The notes: a model not told the origin generated them from the sequence alone. Numbered from the stretch's first letter, positions 35,631 through 47,081 are shown. The stretch is DNA of 64,000 nt from an uncultured Candidatus Entotheonella sp. (GCA_965217185.1 OZ244252.1:2720001-2784000); one strand, 5' to 3'. A program made the numbers and translations.

Positions 35631-36023
35631 TTAGTTGTCCCCGGCTTGCCCCTCGTATTGGTGGATTGCCTTACCAAGGGTGCGCAGCGGCAGCATGGCG
35701 CACTTGACGCGCATGGTGGTGAGCGAAATACCAATCAGGTCCAGCATGTCCTGCCGGTCCATCTCCTTGACTTCTCCCAGCGTCTTGCCTTCCACGGCCT
35801 CCATCAGCATCGAAGCGGCAGCGAGGCTGATGACGCAACCCTCGCCCTCGAAGCATACCTTTTCCAGGCGGCCCTGCGGGTCGAGGCTGGCCTGGATGCA
35901 GACCTCGTCGCCGCACAGCGGGTTGAGGCCGCGAAATTCCAGGGTGGGTTGCGGCAGTGAGCCGCGGTTGTAGGGGTTCTCGTAATGGTCCAGGATGTTT
36001 TCCTGGTACATGTTGAAACTCAT
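35631..36023 (-). CDS. sufU: SufU/IscU-type Fe-S scaffold/sulfur acceptor
   Basis: ILDHYENP.N, NPLCGD, GC.IS.A, RVKCA. Confidence 0.92.
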   Translation of the reverse strand: MSFNMYQENILDHYENPYNRGSLPQPTLEFRGLNPLCGDEVCIQASLDPQGRLEKVCFEGEGCVISLAAASMLMEAVEGKTLGEVKEMDRQDMLDLIGISLTTMRVKCAMLPLRTLGKAIHQYEGQAGDN

Positions 36024-37270
36024 CGCCGTAACAACCTCCTGGCTTCGCCAATCGCTTCCACAAGGACGTTGATCTCCTCGAGGGTGTTGTAGACATAGAA
36101 GCTCGCCCGACAGGTGCTGTTGAGCCCGAGGGTGCGCATGAGCGGCATGGCGCAATGGTGGCCGCCGCGAATGGCAACGCCGTGCTGGTCCAGAATCGAG
36201 GCGACGTCGTGCGGGTGCAGGCTGTCGAGGTTGAAGGAGATAACACCGCTGCGGTCGTCTTCGGACTCAGGGCCGTAAACGTCGAGGTTGCGCACCTGCC
36301 GCAATTGTTCCAGGGCGTAGCGGGCCAGGGTATGCTCGTGCGCCTGCACCGCCTCCATGCCGACGCCTTGCAGATACTCGACCGCCGCCGCCAGGCCGAT
36401 GCCTTGTGCGATGGGCGGCGTGCCGGCCTCGAATTTCCAGGGCAATTCGTTCCAGCTTGCGTCCTCCAGGGTGACCTCGCTGATCATGTCGCCGCCGAAC
36501 AGGAAGGGCTCCATTTGTTCCAGGATGCGGCGCCTGCCGTAAAGACCGCCGATGCCGGTGGGCCCGAGCATCTTGTGGCCGGAAAAGGCAAAGAAGTCGC
36601 AGTCCATGGCGCGCACGTCGATGGCCATGTGGGGGATGCTCTGGGCGCCATCGACGCAGATCAGCGCGCCGTGGGCGTGCGCCATGCGGCCGAGCTCGGC
36701 GACGGGATTGACGGTGCCCAGCACGTTCGATACCTGGGCGACGGAGACCAGCTTGGTACGCGGCCCGATGATCTCTGCGGCGTGGTCCATGTCCAGACGG
36801 CCGTCGGCGGTCAGCCGAATGTACCGAATGGCGGCGCCGGTGCGTTTGGCAACCTGTTGCCAGGGCACCAGGTTGCTGTGATGTTCCAGCGGGGTGAGAA
36901 CCATTTCGTCGCCGGCGTGCAGGTTGGACAACCCCCAAGCGTAGGCCACGAGGTTGAGCGCCTCAGTGGTATTTTTGGTGAAGATCATTTCTTCGAAGTC
37001 GGCATTGATGAAATCGGCGACGCGCACGTGCGCCTGCTCGTAGGCGACGGTGGCCTCTTCGCTCAAGACATAGACGCCGCGGTGGATGTTGGCGTGGGAT
37101 TCCTGGTAGTAGCGGCTGACAGCGTCGATGACGGCGTTCGGTTTCTGGGACGATGAGGCGCTATCGAGATAGACCAGCGGGCGGTCGTGGATGGTGCGGC
37201 TGAGAATCGGAAAATCGCCCCGCAGGGCCTCGACGTCAAGGGCCGGTTGCGTTTGCAAAGGCAGAGACAT
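36020..37270 (-). CDS. sufS: Class II cysteine desulfurase
   Basis: YLDSA..SQKP, EHHSN, DGAQ, SGHKM.GP, R.GHHCA. Confidence 0.95.
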   Translation of the reverse strand: MSLPLQTQPALDVEALRGDFPILSRTIHDRPLVYLDSASSSQKPNAVIDAVSRYYQESHANIHRGVYVLSEEATVAYEQAHVRVADFINADFEEMIFTKNTTEALNLVAYAWGLSNLHAGDEMVLTPLEHHSNLVPWQQVAKRTGAAIRYIRLTADGRLDMDHAAEIIGPRTKLVSVAQVSNVLGTVNPVAELGRMAHAHGALICVDGAQSIPHMAIDVRAMDCDFFAFSGHKMLGPTGIGGLYGRRRILEQMEPFLFGGDMISEVTLEDASWNELPWKFEAGTPPIAQGIGLAAAVEYLQGVGMEAVQAHEHTLARYALEQLRQVRNLDVYGPESEDDRSGVISFNLDSLHPHDVASILDQHGVAIRGGHHCAMPLMRTLGLNSTCRASFYVYNTLEEINVLVEAIGEARRLLRR

Positions 37271-37357
37271 GTTATGAGACTCCTTAGAGTCGGGCACTGG
37301 AAGCGGCGCGATACCCCCGTGAAGTGGTAGCCAAGCACTCTAACCAACCTGCTTGCC

Positions 37358-38248
37358 TTACGTCAAGCGCCGCAGCCTTGCCGCATGCTGCAGGACGAGG
37401 CCGGCGACGATCAGCCCCAAGCCCGCAAACGTGGCGCCGCGAATGACCTCGCCGACCAACAAGTTGATAAACAGTAGGGAAAGAAACGGCGAGATAAAGA
37501 TGAGGTAGCCGACTTGCGCGGTGTTGGCCGCCAGCCTGAGCGCCATCAACCAACACACGAAGGTGACGCCCATCTCGAACATCCCCACGTAGGCGGCACC
37601 TAGTAGGCCCGGCAGGCTGGCAACGCGCAGGTCGGAAAACAACCAGCAGGCGGCGGCGACAAACGGAAATCCAAACACGAAGTTGAGCCACAACCCGGCC
37701 ACCGGGTCGCGTTCGTCCTTGGTGTTGTAGATCCAGTACAGCGCCCAGATGACGGTGCTTCCCAGTGCCAGAGCAACGCCGGCGGGGTCCGAAAAGTGCA
37801 GACCGGACAGGTCGCCGCGGAGTGAAATGACCACCACGCCGCTGTAACTGACCAGTCCGGCCATGACTTCCCGGACGCCGAGGCGCTGCCCCAACAGCGG
37901 CACGGACAGAAAGGCCAACGTCAGCGCCCAGGTATAGTTCAGCGGCTGCGCCTCCTGCGCCGGCAGCAGATCGTAGGCTTTGAAGAGAATCAGGTAATAC
38001 AGGAACGGGTTCAGCAGCCCCAGGGCCAGCGACTGCCCATATTGCCTGCCCGAGTAGGACAGCACCAGCCGCCACCGGCCCCGCACAATCAGGATGACGC
38101 TGAGCACCAGGATGGAAACGATACACGCATACAACAGAAGTTGGAAGTGATCCACGTGCCGCAATGACAGCTTGAACGCCGACGCCACGGTGGACCACAG
38201 CAGCACAGTGGTCAGTCCATACGCATACGCCTTCGTCTGGTTGCGCAT
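37358..38248 (-). CDS. DMT/EamA transporter
   Basis: 10-TM hydrophobic protein with two EamA halves. Confidence 0.88.
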   Translation of the reverse strand: MRNQTKAYAYGLTTVLLWSTVASAFKLSLRHVDHFQLLLYACIVSILVLSVILIVRGRWRLVLSYSGRQYGQSLALGLLNPFLYYLILFKAYDLLPAQEAQPLNYTWALTLAFLSVPLLGQRLGVREVMAGLVSYSGVVVISLRGDLSGLHFSDPAGVALALGSTVIWALYWIYNTKDERDPVAGLWLNFVFGFPFVAAACWLFSDLRVASLPGLLGAAYVGMFEMGVTFVCWLMALRLAANTAQVGYLIFISPFLSLLFINLLVGEVIRGATFAGLGLIVAGLVLQHAARLRRLT

Positions 38249-38308
38249 AGTGCGTCCAATGACAGGGTGAAGCGGGTTGTACCAGCCACCTCGTCATTGC
38301 CTGCCGTG

Positions 38309-38731
38309 TTAGGCGTCAATACGTGCGGAGGCGTAGCCGCTGGCCACTTCCGCTCCGTCCTGGTTGACGGTGGAAACGGCGAGATCGACGAAATGAGTAC
38401 CGTCCTCTTCGCGGATGGCTTGCACGGTGGCGGTGGAGGTCAGGGTGTCGCCGGGCCAGACCTGGCGGGTGAAGCGGACGCCGAAGGTGGCGAGGCGGCC
38501 GTCGCCAACGTAGTTGGTGAGCATCTTGCCGGTCATACCCATGGAAAGCATGCCGTGGGCAAACACGGAGGGATAGCCGGCCACCTGCGTGGTGTACACC
38601 TCATCGGTGTGGATGGGGTTGTAATCGCCGGAGGCGCCGGCATATTGCACCAGTTGGGTGCGGGTCAGGTTGTCGACGACGACCTCCTGATGGGTGTCGC
38701 CGACCTTGAGGGATTTCGCTGACAATGCCAT
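38309..38731 (-). CDS. MaoC-family dehydratase
   Basis: YAGASGDYNPIH.D, AHGM. Confidence 0.92.
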   Translation of the reverse strand: MALSAKSLKVGDTHQEVVVDNLTRTQLVQYAGASGDYNPIHTDEVYTTQVAGYPSVFAHGMLSMGMTGKMLTNYVGDGRLATFGVRFTRQVWPGDTLTSTATVQAIREEDGTHFVDLAVSTVNQDGAEVASGYASARIDA

Positions 38732-38741
38732 GGAGATTCTC

Positions 38742-39221
38742 CTAGCTCTGGTCGACGGGCCGCTCGGTGGTGACGCCAACGCCGCGCGAGGTGACGACCA
38801 ACTCACCGTGTTGATCGCGGTACTCGGTGATGGATTCCGTGAAGATCAACTTGCCCGAACGGCGGCCCTGTTTTTCCCACGTCTTGCCGGGCTTCACGGT
38901 AGCGGTGAGCACGTCGCCCGGCTTGGGATGGCGGTGATAGATATAGTGCTGTTCGGCGTGCAGGCCCCCGCCGCCTTCGCTGCGCGCCACGCCGGTGGGC
39001 TCTTTGCCGGAGCCGAACCACGGCTGGCCCGGCTTGGGCCGCAGGTAGTAGTCGGGATTAAACTGCGCGCTGGCCTGCACAAACGTCGGCGGCGCGATAA
39101 CGGAGCCGGGCTCCGTGCCTTGGGCGTAGTCCGCGTCGTGATAGATCTGGTTGGTATCGCCAACCGCGCGGGCGAAGAGCATGATGTGGCCCGCCTCAAC
39201 GGGAAATTGTTCCACGGCCAT
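38742..39221 (-). CDS. MaoC N-terminal-like (HadA-type) hotdog protein
   Basis: I..FARAVGD.N, APPTF, LHAEQ; paired with MaoC. Confidence 0.85.
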   Translation of the reverse strand: MAVEQFPVEAGHIMLFARAVGDTNQIYHDADYAQGTEPGSVIAPPTFVQASAQFNPDYYLRPKPGQPWFGSGKEPTGVARSEGGGGLHAEQHYIYHRHPKPGDVLTATVKPGKTWEKQGRRSGKLIFTESITEYRDQHGELVVTSRGVGVTTERPVDQS

Positions 39222-39487
39222 TGTCGTCTTCCTCATCGGGATCAGGGGGTGGGCAGCCGAGCCGCTGCCATCGCGTGCACGGCGCGTGCCGTGCCGGAAC
39301 GCCGTCATGGTGGAGCGCTTCCGGGGCGGCGGCGGAAAGCGGATGATACAAAGCAGGGAGGCCGATATCAACCGTCGCGCGGCCTGCGCTGCACCGCCTT
39401 GAGCAACCCCATCGGGGCGAGGGCTTTATGGTATGGTAGGCGCCGCTTGTATCAAAGTTGTCGACAATTTTTGGAGGAGGAGGCGGC

Positions 39488-40159
39488 ATGGAATTGTATG
39501 ACGTGATGCGCACGACGTTTTCCGCTCGGGAATTCACCGACGCGCCGGTGCCGGACGAGACGCTTTACACGATTCTGGACAACGCCCGGTTTGCTTCAAG
39601 CGGCGGCAATCGCCAGGGGTGGCACGTGCTGATCGTGCGCCAGCGGCAAACCCGTGAAGCGCTGGCGGCATTGGGCGAGCTGGCGGCCAAGCGGTATGCC
39701 GCTCAGCAGATTGCCGGTGAGAGTCCGTGGAATGCGGTGTCGCCCACGGGCGTCGATGCGACGACCATCGAGAACACCGCAGTTCCGGCGCGGTTAAGGG
39801 AATCGTTCATCCAGGCGCCCGTGGTGCTGGTGGTATGCGTGGACCTGCGGGTGGTCGCTTCCACGGACCAGTATCTCGAACGGGTGGGGGTGATCAGCGG
39901 CGCGTCGATCTATCCCTTCGTATGGAACATCCTGCTGGCGGCCCGACACGAGGGGTACGGCGGCACGATTACGACCCTGGCCGTGGCCCAGGAATCCAAG
40001 GTGCAGGCATTGCTGAATATCCCGCCGCACGTTGCCGTCAGCGCCGTTATCCCGTTGGGTCAGCCAGTCAAACGGCTCACCCGGCTGCGCCGCAAGCCGG
40101 TGCCGGATTTTGCCCGGCTTGAAAGCTGGGACGGCCAGCCGCTCAACGTCGGAACTTAG
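39488..40159 (+). CDS. Nitroreductase-family protein
   Basis: R.F...PV, A.SGGN.QGW, NILLAA...G.G. Confidence 0.9.
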   Translation: MELYDVMRTTFSAREFTDAPVPDETLYTILDNARFASSGGNRQGWHVLIVRQRQTREALAALGELAAKRYAAQQIAGESPWNAVSPTGVDATTIENTAVPARLRESFIQAPVVLVVCVDLRVVASTDQYLERVGVISGASIYPFVWNILLAARHEGYGGTITTLAVAQESKVQALLNIPPHVAVSAVIPLGQPVKRLTRLRRKPVPDFARLESWDGQPLNVGT

Positions 40160-40367
40160 CGTTCTTCTACGCCCCGCGGACGCCTTGCAACGGCACGCAC
40201 CCGCATGTACTCTATGCGCCCGCATTTGCAAATCGTCGCGCGATGATTCCTCCATATTAGGGAGCCTCACGGCGCCCTGCGCAGCATTGCAGTCCAGGCA
40301 CGGTGCCTCAAGCGCGAGGTCGTGTCTTGTCACACCTACCCGGCGATAAGCCAACAGGAGAGATCAC

Positions 40368-41567
40368 ATGACAACCGGTGAGCAGTGGAAACAGGTCGAG
40401 GCCGACTACTACATGCAGGTGGTACGCCGCATGCCCATGGTTCTCGAGCGTGCGCAGGGCACCTACGTGTATGACACCGAGGGCAACGGTTATCTCGATT
40501 TCACTGCCGGCTGGGCGGTGCTCAATGTCGGGCATTCACACCCCGAGGTCACGGCGGCCATCCAGGAACAGGCCGGCATGATCCTGCAGATGAGCAACCT
40601 GTTCTACACCATCCCGCAGCTGAAGCTGGCCAAGATCCTGGTCGATAACTCCTGCATGGACCGAGTGTTTTTCTGCAACTCCGGGGCGGAGGCCAACGAG
40701 GGGGTGTGCAAGCTCGCCCGCAAGTACGGCAAGCTGCACCTCAACGGCGCGCACGAGATCATCACGGCGAACAACTCGTTTCACGGGCGTACCATGGCCA
40801 TGATGGCGGCAACCGGTCAGGCACACTACCAGGACAACTGGCGGCCGCTGATGCCGGGCTTCGTGAACGTTCCGTATAACGACGTGGACGCGATAAAGGA
40901 AGCTACCACGGATCAGACGTGCGCGGTGCTGCTGGAACCGGTGCAGGGAGAGGGCGGCGTAAACGTGCCGGACGCGGATTACTTCACGCAGGTCCGCGCC
41001 TGGTGCGACGAAAAGAACCTGATGCTCATCTCGGACGAGGTGCAGACAGGCATGGGGCGGCTCGGCACCCTGTTCGGATACGAGCAATTCGGCTTCGAGC
41101 CGGACGCCTTGACCATGGCCAAGGGGCTCGGTGCCGGCGCGCCCCTGGGCGCCTTCCTGTGCAAGCAGGAATATGCCGTTCTGGAGCCCGGCGACCACGG
41201 CTCTACCTTCGGCGGCAATGCCCTGACGACCGCGGCCGGCGCCGCGGGCGCCAAGGTCGTGGTTGACGAGAATTGGTCGGTCAAGGGCGCGGAGACCGGT
41301 GCGTACCTCAAAGGCAGGCTGGAGGAATTGCAGGCGAAACACGACGTGGTCACCGACGTGCGCGGCATGGGCATGCTGCTGGCGCTCGAATTGGCCGACA
41401 ACCGCGCCGCTGCGGTCATCGCTGAAACCGTCGCCAACGGCCTGTTGCTCAATGCAGTGCGACCGAACACTATTCGCTTCATGCCGCCGCTGACCACCAG
41501 CCGGGCGGAGATCGACGATGCCATCGGCATTCTCGACGCGGCCCTGATCAAGGTTCCGGCGCCTTGA
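40368..41567 (+). CDS. argD: Acetylornithine aminotransferase (class III PLP)
   Basis: NSGAEANE, SFHGRT, EPVQGEGG, DEVQTG, HGSTFGGN. Confidence 0.9.
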   Translation: MTTGEQWKQVEADYYMQVVRRMPMVLERAQGTYVYDTEGNGYLDFTAGWAVLNVGHSHPEVTAAIQEQAGMILQMSNLFYTIPQLKLAKILVDNSCMDRVFFCNSGAEANEGVCKLARKYGKLHLNGAHEIITANNSFHGRTMAMMAATGQAHYQDNWRPLMPGFVNVPYNDVDAIKEATTDQTCAVLLEPVQGEGGVNVPDADYFTQVRAWCDEKNLMLISDEVQTGMGRLGTLFGYEQFGFEPDALTMAKGLGAGAPLGAFLCKQEYAVLEPGDHGSTFGGNALTTAAGAAGAKVVVDENWSVKGAETGAYLKGRLEELQAKHDVVTDVRGMGMLLALELADNRAAAVIAETVANGLLLNAVRPNTIRFMPPLTTSRAEIDDAIGILDAALIKVPAP

Positions 41568-41592
41568 CGTTCTGAATTCGCATGGAAAGGCT

Positions 41593-42033
41593 ATGGCCGA
41601 CCAACCCGACCTGCACATCACCGACGCGGTGACGATTCCGATGTCGGAGTTGCAATTCCACTTCAGCCGCAGCGGCGGCCCGGGCGGGCAGCACGTCAAC
41701 CGCACGGAGACGCAGGTGGAGTTGACGTTCGACGTGCAGGGGTCGGCCAGCCTGGACGACTCGCAGCGCACCCGCATCCTCAGCAAGCTGAAATCGGCCA
41801 TCGACAGCCGCGGCGTCCTGCACCTGACCTGCCAGACGACCCGCAGTCAGTTTCGCAACCGCGCCGAGGTTACCGAGCGGTTTCAACACCTGTTGCGGCA
41901 GGCGCTGCACGTTCCCAAGCCCCGCCGCCCCACGCATCCCGGCCGAGCCGCTGCCAAACGCCGTTTGCAGGCAAAACGCCGCGCCGGCCTGCTCAAACAG
42001 GAGCGGCGGCGCCAACAACCCGTAGACGAGTAG
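41593..42033 (+). CDS. arfB: Alternative ribosome rescue peptidyl-tRNA hydrolase
   Basis: SGGPGGQHVN, RSQ..NR, basic C-terminal tail. Confidence 0.94.
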   Translation: MADQPDLHITDAVTIPMSELQFHFSRSGGPGGQHVNRTETQVELTFDVQGSASLDDSQRTRILSKLKSAIDSRGVLHLTCQTTRSQFRNRAEVTERFQHLLRQALHVPKPRRPTHPGRAAAKRRLQAKRRAGLLKQERRRQQPVDE

Positions 42034-42095
42034 ATACCTGTTCAAGACCCCCCGCAATGTGCCCGCGTCGACGCCAGAACTTCGGAGAAAACGCC

Positions 42096-42674
42096 ATGAA
42101 ACCAATCGCGTTCCTTTTCAGCATCGTCCTGGCATTGACAACGACTGCCTGCATCGGTGGAGGAAGTCGCAGGATGCCTCTATCCGATGACACCCAAGAT
42201 GAAGGCCGGATACGGTTCGAACGCAACACGACCTACGGGGTCGAGGAGCACGCAGCCACCGTCACGCTCACGGCGGACTTTTCCGCCAACACCCTCAGCG
42301 GCTGTATCGGCTGTCAGGGAGATATCGCCATCCGGCGTTTACATCTGCATGACCTTCTGGGAGACGAGGTGCGGCAACTCGAGGCATTGCCTACGGACTA
42401 CGAGTTGCATCTCGGCACCGTAACCTTCAACCCGGATGGCACGTTCGAACTCCCGGACGTGACGGTCATGCATCCCGAGCGCACCATCACGCAATCGGAG
42501 GGTTTCTGGGGCGGCGGGTTCTCCAACACCCCCGACTCGGCGGGCAATCCTCGTCTGGTAGCGGGTTTCAGTGACGCCGAGTTTGAGGAAGCCGACGGCA
42601 GCCGCGGGTCTTTTTGGGGCATGTTCAACGGCTTGAGCACAACATGGTTAACCGGGGAGAGCCAGGAGCCTTGA
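42096..42674 (+). CDS. Hypothetical lipoprotein (beta-rich)
   Basis: GGAG RBS, lipobox-like LTTTA-C; beta-strand-rich body (LTADF, G.WGG.F). Confidence 0.6.
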   Translation: MKPIAFLFSIVLALTTTACIGGGSRRMPLSDDTQDEGRIRFERNTTYGVEEHAATVTLTADFSANTLSGCIGCQGDIAIRRLHLHDLLGDEVRQLEALPTDYELHLGTVTFNPDGTFELPDVTVMHPERTITQSEGFWGGGFSNTPDSAGNPRLVAGFSDAEFEEADGSRGSFWGMFNGLSTTWLTGESQEP

Positions 42675-42748
42675 GGCGGGTCGGATTCCTGGCCTAAAAT
42701 CCTCCGCTGGTTCAAACAGATGAGCGGGTTAGCTGAGGAGTTGTCGAG

Positions 42749-43932
42749 ATAAACATACCTTCCGCTTATCAGGCCGGTTACGACAAGGTACGAGCCCTCA
42801 ATCCGCAACTCGCCACCAAATATGTCGGCCACCGGGTCATCGATGACCTCATGACCCGGTGGCCGATGCAGCCGTCGACGCTTTGGCCGCCTTCAGCCAG
42901 AAAGACTTCCACCGATTCATCCATGCCGGTATGGAGCGGGACGCCGGAACCCTCGCTATGGCTCCGCAGCCATTGCGGGATTTCTTCGACAGCATCGATG
43001 CCCCACCACCGTGGTTCGATCCGGAATCGGTCTACGCCGGTTGCCGCGCCTTCCATCAATACTCGGACTTGTTCATCCCTGCCTTCATTGTCTGCACCCT
43101 GCAAAACTTCGCCAGCTTGATGAGCAAGGTGTTTTACATGACCGGGCGCGTGACGACCCCACACGGCCTGCGGCGCATCCGGCAGAACACCCGGCATTTT
43201 ATCGAGATCATGCTGCCGGGCGCCCTTGAGCGCCAGGGGGATGGCTGGAAGCTGTCCGTACGCATCCGATTGGTGTACGCGAGGGTCCGACGGTTGTTGC
43301 GCGACTCCGGCAATTGGGACGAGGCGGTCTATGGCGTGCCGCTCAGCGCCGCGCACATGGGCCTTGCGGCGGCCAACTTTTCCGCCACGATGTTGCAGCA
43401 GGCCGAGCGGCTCGGAGCACAACTGGACCCCGAGGCACGGGCCAGCTTCATGCAGATATGGCGTTATGCCTCGTGGTTGGCCGGTACGCCCGACGCGCTT
43501 CTGTTCGAGGGCGATGAGGCCAAAACCACCGAGTTGTCGCGGGTCGCCGCCGTCTGCGAGCCGTTTCCTCCCGAAGAGGCGGCTGTCATCTCGAATGCGG
43601 TGATACATGCCTTGCCGCGGATCGCCAACCTGACCGATCCTGCCGCCCAGAAGGCCATGATCGACCAAGGATATCGCGTGGCGCGCGCCCTCCTCGGCGA
43701 CGAATTGTCCGACCGGCTCCAATTGCCCCGGCAACGGGTGGCGGGACTTCTGACGTGGATGCGGTGGAAACGGCGCTTCTATGGGCTATTCGGCCGGCTG
43801 GCGCCGCAGTTGTCCCAGAAGCGGCAAGCGAACCACTTTGTGTTGCTGCTTGACGCCTCGACCATCGAGGACTTCAGCTATAGCTATCGGCTGCCCGATC
43901 ACCTGGAGGCGACGAAGGCGAGCCCGCGGTAA
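42749..43932 (+). pseudogene. MpaB/Lcp-like (DUF2236) heme oxygenase, disrupted
   Basis: R.RL..A.VR, W....YGVP, WRY..WL.G; ATA at the expected start after GAGGAG; 8-bp insertion at 42849-42856 shifts the frame. Confidence 0.75.
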
Positions 43933-44972
43933 ATCCCTCTGCTTCCACCATTCCCCCAGTTTTCGTGCTGAGCACCGGACGGTGCGGGTCGACCATGGTA
44001 TCGAACATCCTGAACCGGCATCCGCGTGTCCTCAGCCTCTCCGAGTTCTTCAGCTACATCGGCATGGTGCCATACCGCCGCCGCCGTCCAAGCGGTGCTC
44101 GGATGTGGCACATCTACAGCCGGCCGCGGCATCGAACCCGCATCATGTTGCACGGACGATATGAGGAGTTACTCTACCCGCTGGATGATCCGAACGCCCG
44201 ATTCCAACAGCAGCACGTGCCGCCCATTTTATGCGCCACGCTTCCGCATCTCACCGACCGGCATGAGGAACTGTTCGACGAGCTTGGGCCAGTGGCTGAG
44301 GGGCAGCCGAAGCAGCCGCCCGCCGCCCACTTCCAGTACCTTTTCGAGTGGTTGTGCGAACGGTTCGGGCGGGACGTCTGGGTCGAGCGCTCGGGCGGCT
44401 CCCTGATGTTCGGGGCCCGCCTGCTGCGCCAGTTTCCCAAGGCGCGGTGGTGCACGTGTACCGCGACGGGCGGGAGACGGCCATCTCCATGAGCCGCCAT
44501 TATCTCTTCCGCATGATCGTGGCGAGCATGCACATGTTTCGGTCGCGGGGGCATCGACCTCATGGAGTCGATGACCAGGGGGAGGCATTGGGATCGAATC
44601 ATCCCTTGGCTGGAGCCGCTGGTGAACGCGTTCGTCAAGCCCGACCGGCTGCCGTACGATGCGCTGACGCTGGCGGATTTCGGAACGTTCTGGAATGGCA
44701 TGATCATGAAGGTGGATCGACTGCTCGGCCATTTACCGATCGACTAGCTGCTGGACCTCAGGTTCGAGGACGTGCAGGCGGAGCCGGAGCGTCATATCCG
44801 GCGCCTCATCCGGTTCATTGACCCGGCGTTGGAAGACGAGGGTTGGCTGCGCGAGGTATGCGCCATTCCACGCCCGACATCCTCGAAGTTTGAACGGCTT
44901 GAAACCGCCGAGCGCGACGCGCTCACCGAGGTGTGCCGCCCGGGGCTCGAGCGCCTCGGCTACTCACTCTGA
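43929..44972 (+). pseudogene. Sulfotransferase, disrupted
   Basis: PAPS loop TGRCGST, HVYRDGR, RFED...P; frameshifts near 44447 and 44550; in-frame TAG at 44745-44747. Confidence 0.85.
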
Positions 44973-45594
44973 AGGTGACGGCCATGCGACAGACCCGTTT
45001 GATGACGGCCTGCGCTCATGCACGGTGCACGGAAGGCCGTTCTTGCACCTGTAGATTTCCCATCGTGATCACTTCGGGGTGTTCCTCCGAGATAACCTCA
45101 ACCCGCCACCGCTGCGTGATGGCTGAGAGGGCGAGCCCCGTCTCCATCCTGGCGAACGTGGCGCCGATGCACGTCCGCAAACCGCTGCCAAACGGGACGT
45201 AGGCATGCCTCGGGTGCTGCGGCTGCCCGCTTCCCAACCAACGCTCCGGTTGAACTCGCCAGCCGCAGGGAAGTATTTTTCCTCCCTCTGAGGGATGCGC
45301 CAGCAGGGCTGCACAACCGTTCCCTTGGGGATGTGGCAACCGCCAAGCACTTAATCCTCGCTGGCTGTTCGGCCCACAATATACGTTGGCGGCGCAACCC
45401 GGTGCGCTTCGTCGAACATAGCGCGCGTATTGGGCAACCGATCACAGTCTTCCATGGTTGGAGGCCGCCCGCCGAGAACCTTATCCATCTCGGCTTCAAG
45501 CCGGGCTCGCACCGCCGGGCTGCGGCTGAGATAGTAAAAGCACCACGTCAACGCATTGGCCGACGTTTCTTGGCCGGCCAAAAGCATGTCATAC

Positions 45595-47081
45595 GAGCCA
45601 CTTGCAAAACCCTAACGGAACGTCGAGAGCGAAGTTTTCGGATTTGATATTTGGGGATGTTTCGACACCGGATACGTTGTCAGGGCATCTGCAGCACTTC
45701 TCAGCGGCCACAATCCAGCGACAATGAGGTTTCCTTGACGGTGTATGAGCAAACCTGTCCGGTGTGGCCCTGCCGAGACAGGACGCCTGCAAGAGGTGAG
45801 GGGTGGAAGCAAGTTGGTTTCAGTTCAACAGGCGCATCAACTGCGACACCGCCAGCGCCACAATGCCGAACATCAGGTGGCGCAGCACCTTGGCGCGACC
45901 TCGCACGCGGACTTGGCGAGCGCCGAACTCGTCCTTGAGACGACCCTTGACACGCTCGACGGTGCTGCGCTCACGGTAGCGTAACTGCTCGGCGTAGACG
46001 TGGCCGACGGTACGTTGCGCCCGCGCCGCGGTCTTGCGTTCCAGCTTACGCGAAGCACTGCGGGGATTGGCGTCGATGATTGCAACATGCCCCAGCGACT
46101 CACGGTGCGCTCTGATCTCGGGCGCGTCATAAGCCGAGTCCATCAGGTCATAGAGGTTGGTGACTCGTGCGGCCGTCAGGGTCGCCAGGGGAATCGCCAC
46201 TTGGCTGTCATGCAACGAGGCCGAGGTCAGGATGCAACTGAGTGGAACGCCGCCATCGGCTGCGTCGATATGCAACTTGTAGCCGCTCCATGATTCCTGA
46301 TGTCCCTTGGCGTCCCGCTTGACGCCAACATCACAGGTGCGTGGCAGGTCGGCGAGCCTCTCCGGCAGGATCATGTTGGACTGGCGCGCCAGCCTTCGGG
46401 GCGCCTTGTCCAGTCGTTGTTCAGCCTTGCGCGGTCGCCCGCGGCGGCGTTTCGGCGTAGCCGCTTGGTGCGGCTTCGGGGCTGGCTTCTCGCGCCCCAA
46501 GATCGCCGTCGAATCGCGTGAGACGTGGCCGACCAGATGACCCTGCAGGGTCTTGTCGATCAGCGCCTCGTGCAGGCGGCTTGGCAAGGCGCTGTCAGCG
46601 AAGTCGCTGAAGGCCCGCGAGAAGGTCGCCGCGCTGGGGACCGCCGCGCCCTGGCTCCAGCCGCACAGGCGACGCAGCGGCCGGTCGATGACAAGGCGCT
46701 CAACGAGCGCGCGGGTGGTCGAGATGGCGAACACCGCCTTGGCGCTAAAGGCTCGTGCCAGCGCCGCACGATCCGCCTGCGGGCGCCCCGGCAAGCCACG
46801 CCAGCACGTCAGGAATGGCTCAACCGGCACGAACCCGAGCACCGTGACGAATAACTCGTAGCGCTCGCCCAAGGGACCGAGTTCTTCTTCGAGCGTGGGG
46901 AAAAGCTCTCGTTGCAAGGCGAAGCCGTAATTCGATAGGATCGTACGCAGGGACATGGCCGTTTTCTCCTTCACGTGGTGGTCGCACAATACATGACATG
47001 AAGCAAAGACAGCCTGTCCCGTTTAAGTCAACCTCTTACCCTCAATAATCCCCGACGACTCCACAGTTTTGCAAAAGGCTC
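45595..47081 (-). mobile_element. Insertion sequence (IS5/IS1182-like DDE), copy A
   Basis: 16-bp terminal IRs GAGCCACTTGCAAAAC (45595-45610) / GTTTTGCAAAAGGCTC (47066-47081); ATAC target duplication at 45591-45594 and 47082-47085. Confidence 0.93.
45820..46956 (-). CDS. DDE transposase
   Basis: LRRLCG, SRDSTAI, GYKLH, S.HDS, MDSAYD, R..VER....LK. Confidence 0.92.
   Translation of the reverse strand: MSLRTILSNYGFALQRELFPTLEEELGPLGERYELFVTVLGFVPVEPFLTCWRGLPGRPQADRAALARAFSAKAVFAISTTRALVERLVIDRPLRRLCGWSQGAAVPSAATFSRAFSDFADSALPSRLHEALIDKTLQGHLVGHVSRDSTAILGREKPAPKPHQAATPKRRRGRPRKAEQRLDKAPRRLARQSNMILPERLADLPRTCDVGVKRDAKGHQESWSGYKLHIDAADGGVPLSCILTSASLHDSQVAIPLATLTAARVTNLYDLMDSAYDAPEIRAHRESLGHVAIIDANPRSASRKLERKTAARAQRTVGHVYAEQLRYRERSTVERVKGRLKDEFGARQVRVRGRAKVLRHLMFGIVALAVSQLMRLLN

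Noticed and set aside
40160..40367. Possible riboswitch upstream of argD
   Set aside because: No recognisable aptamer consensus or terminator
44745..44747. In-frame TAG here (and at 54096-54098) as pyrrolysine or stop recoding
   Set aside because: Both lie in genes with additional frameshifts, TAG terminates many intact genes in the window, and no pyl genes are seen
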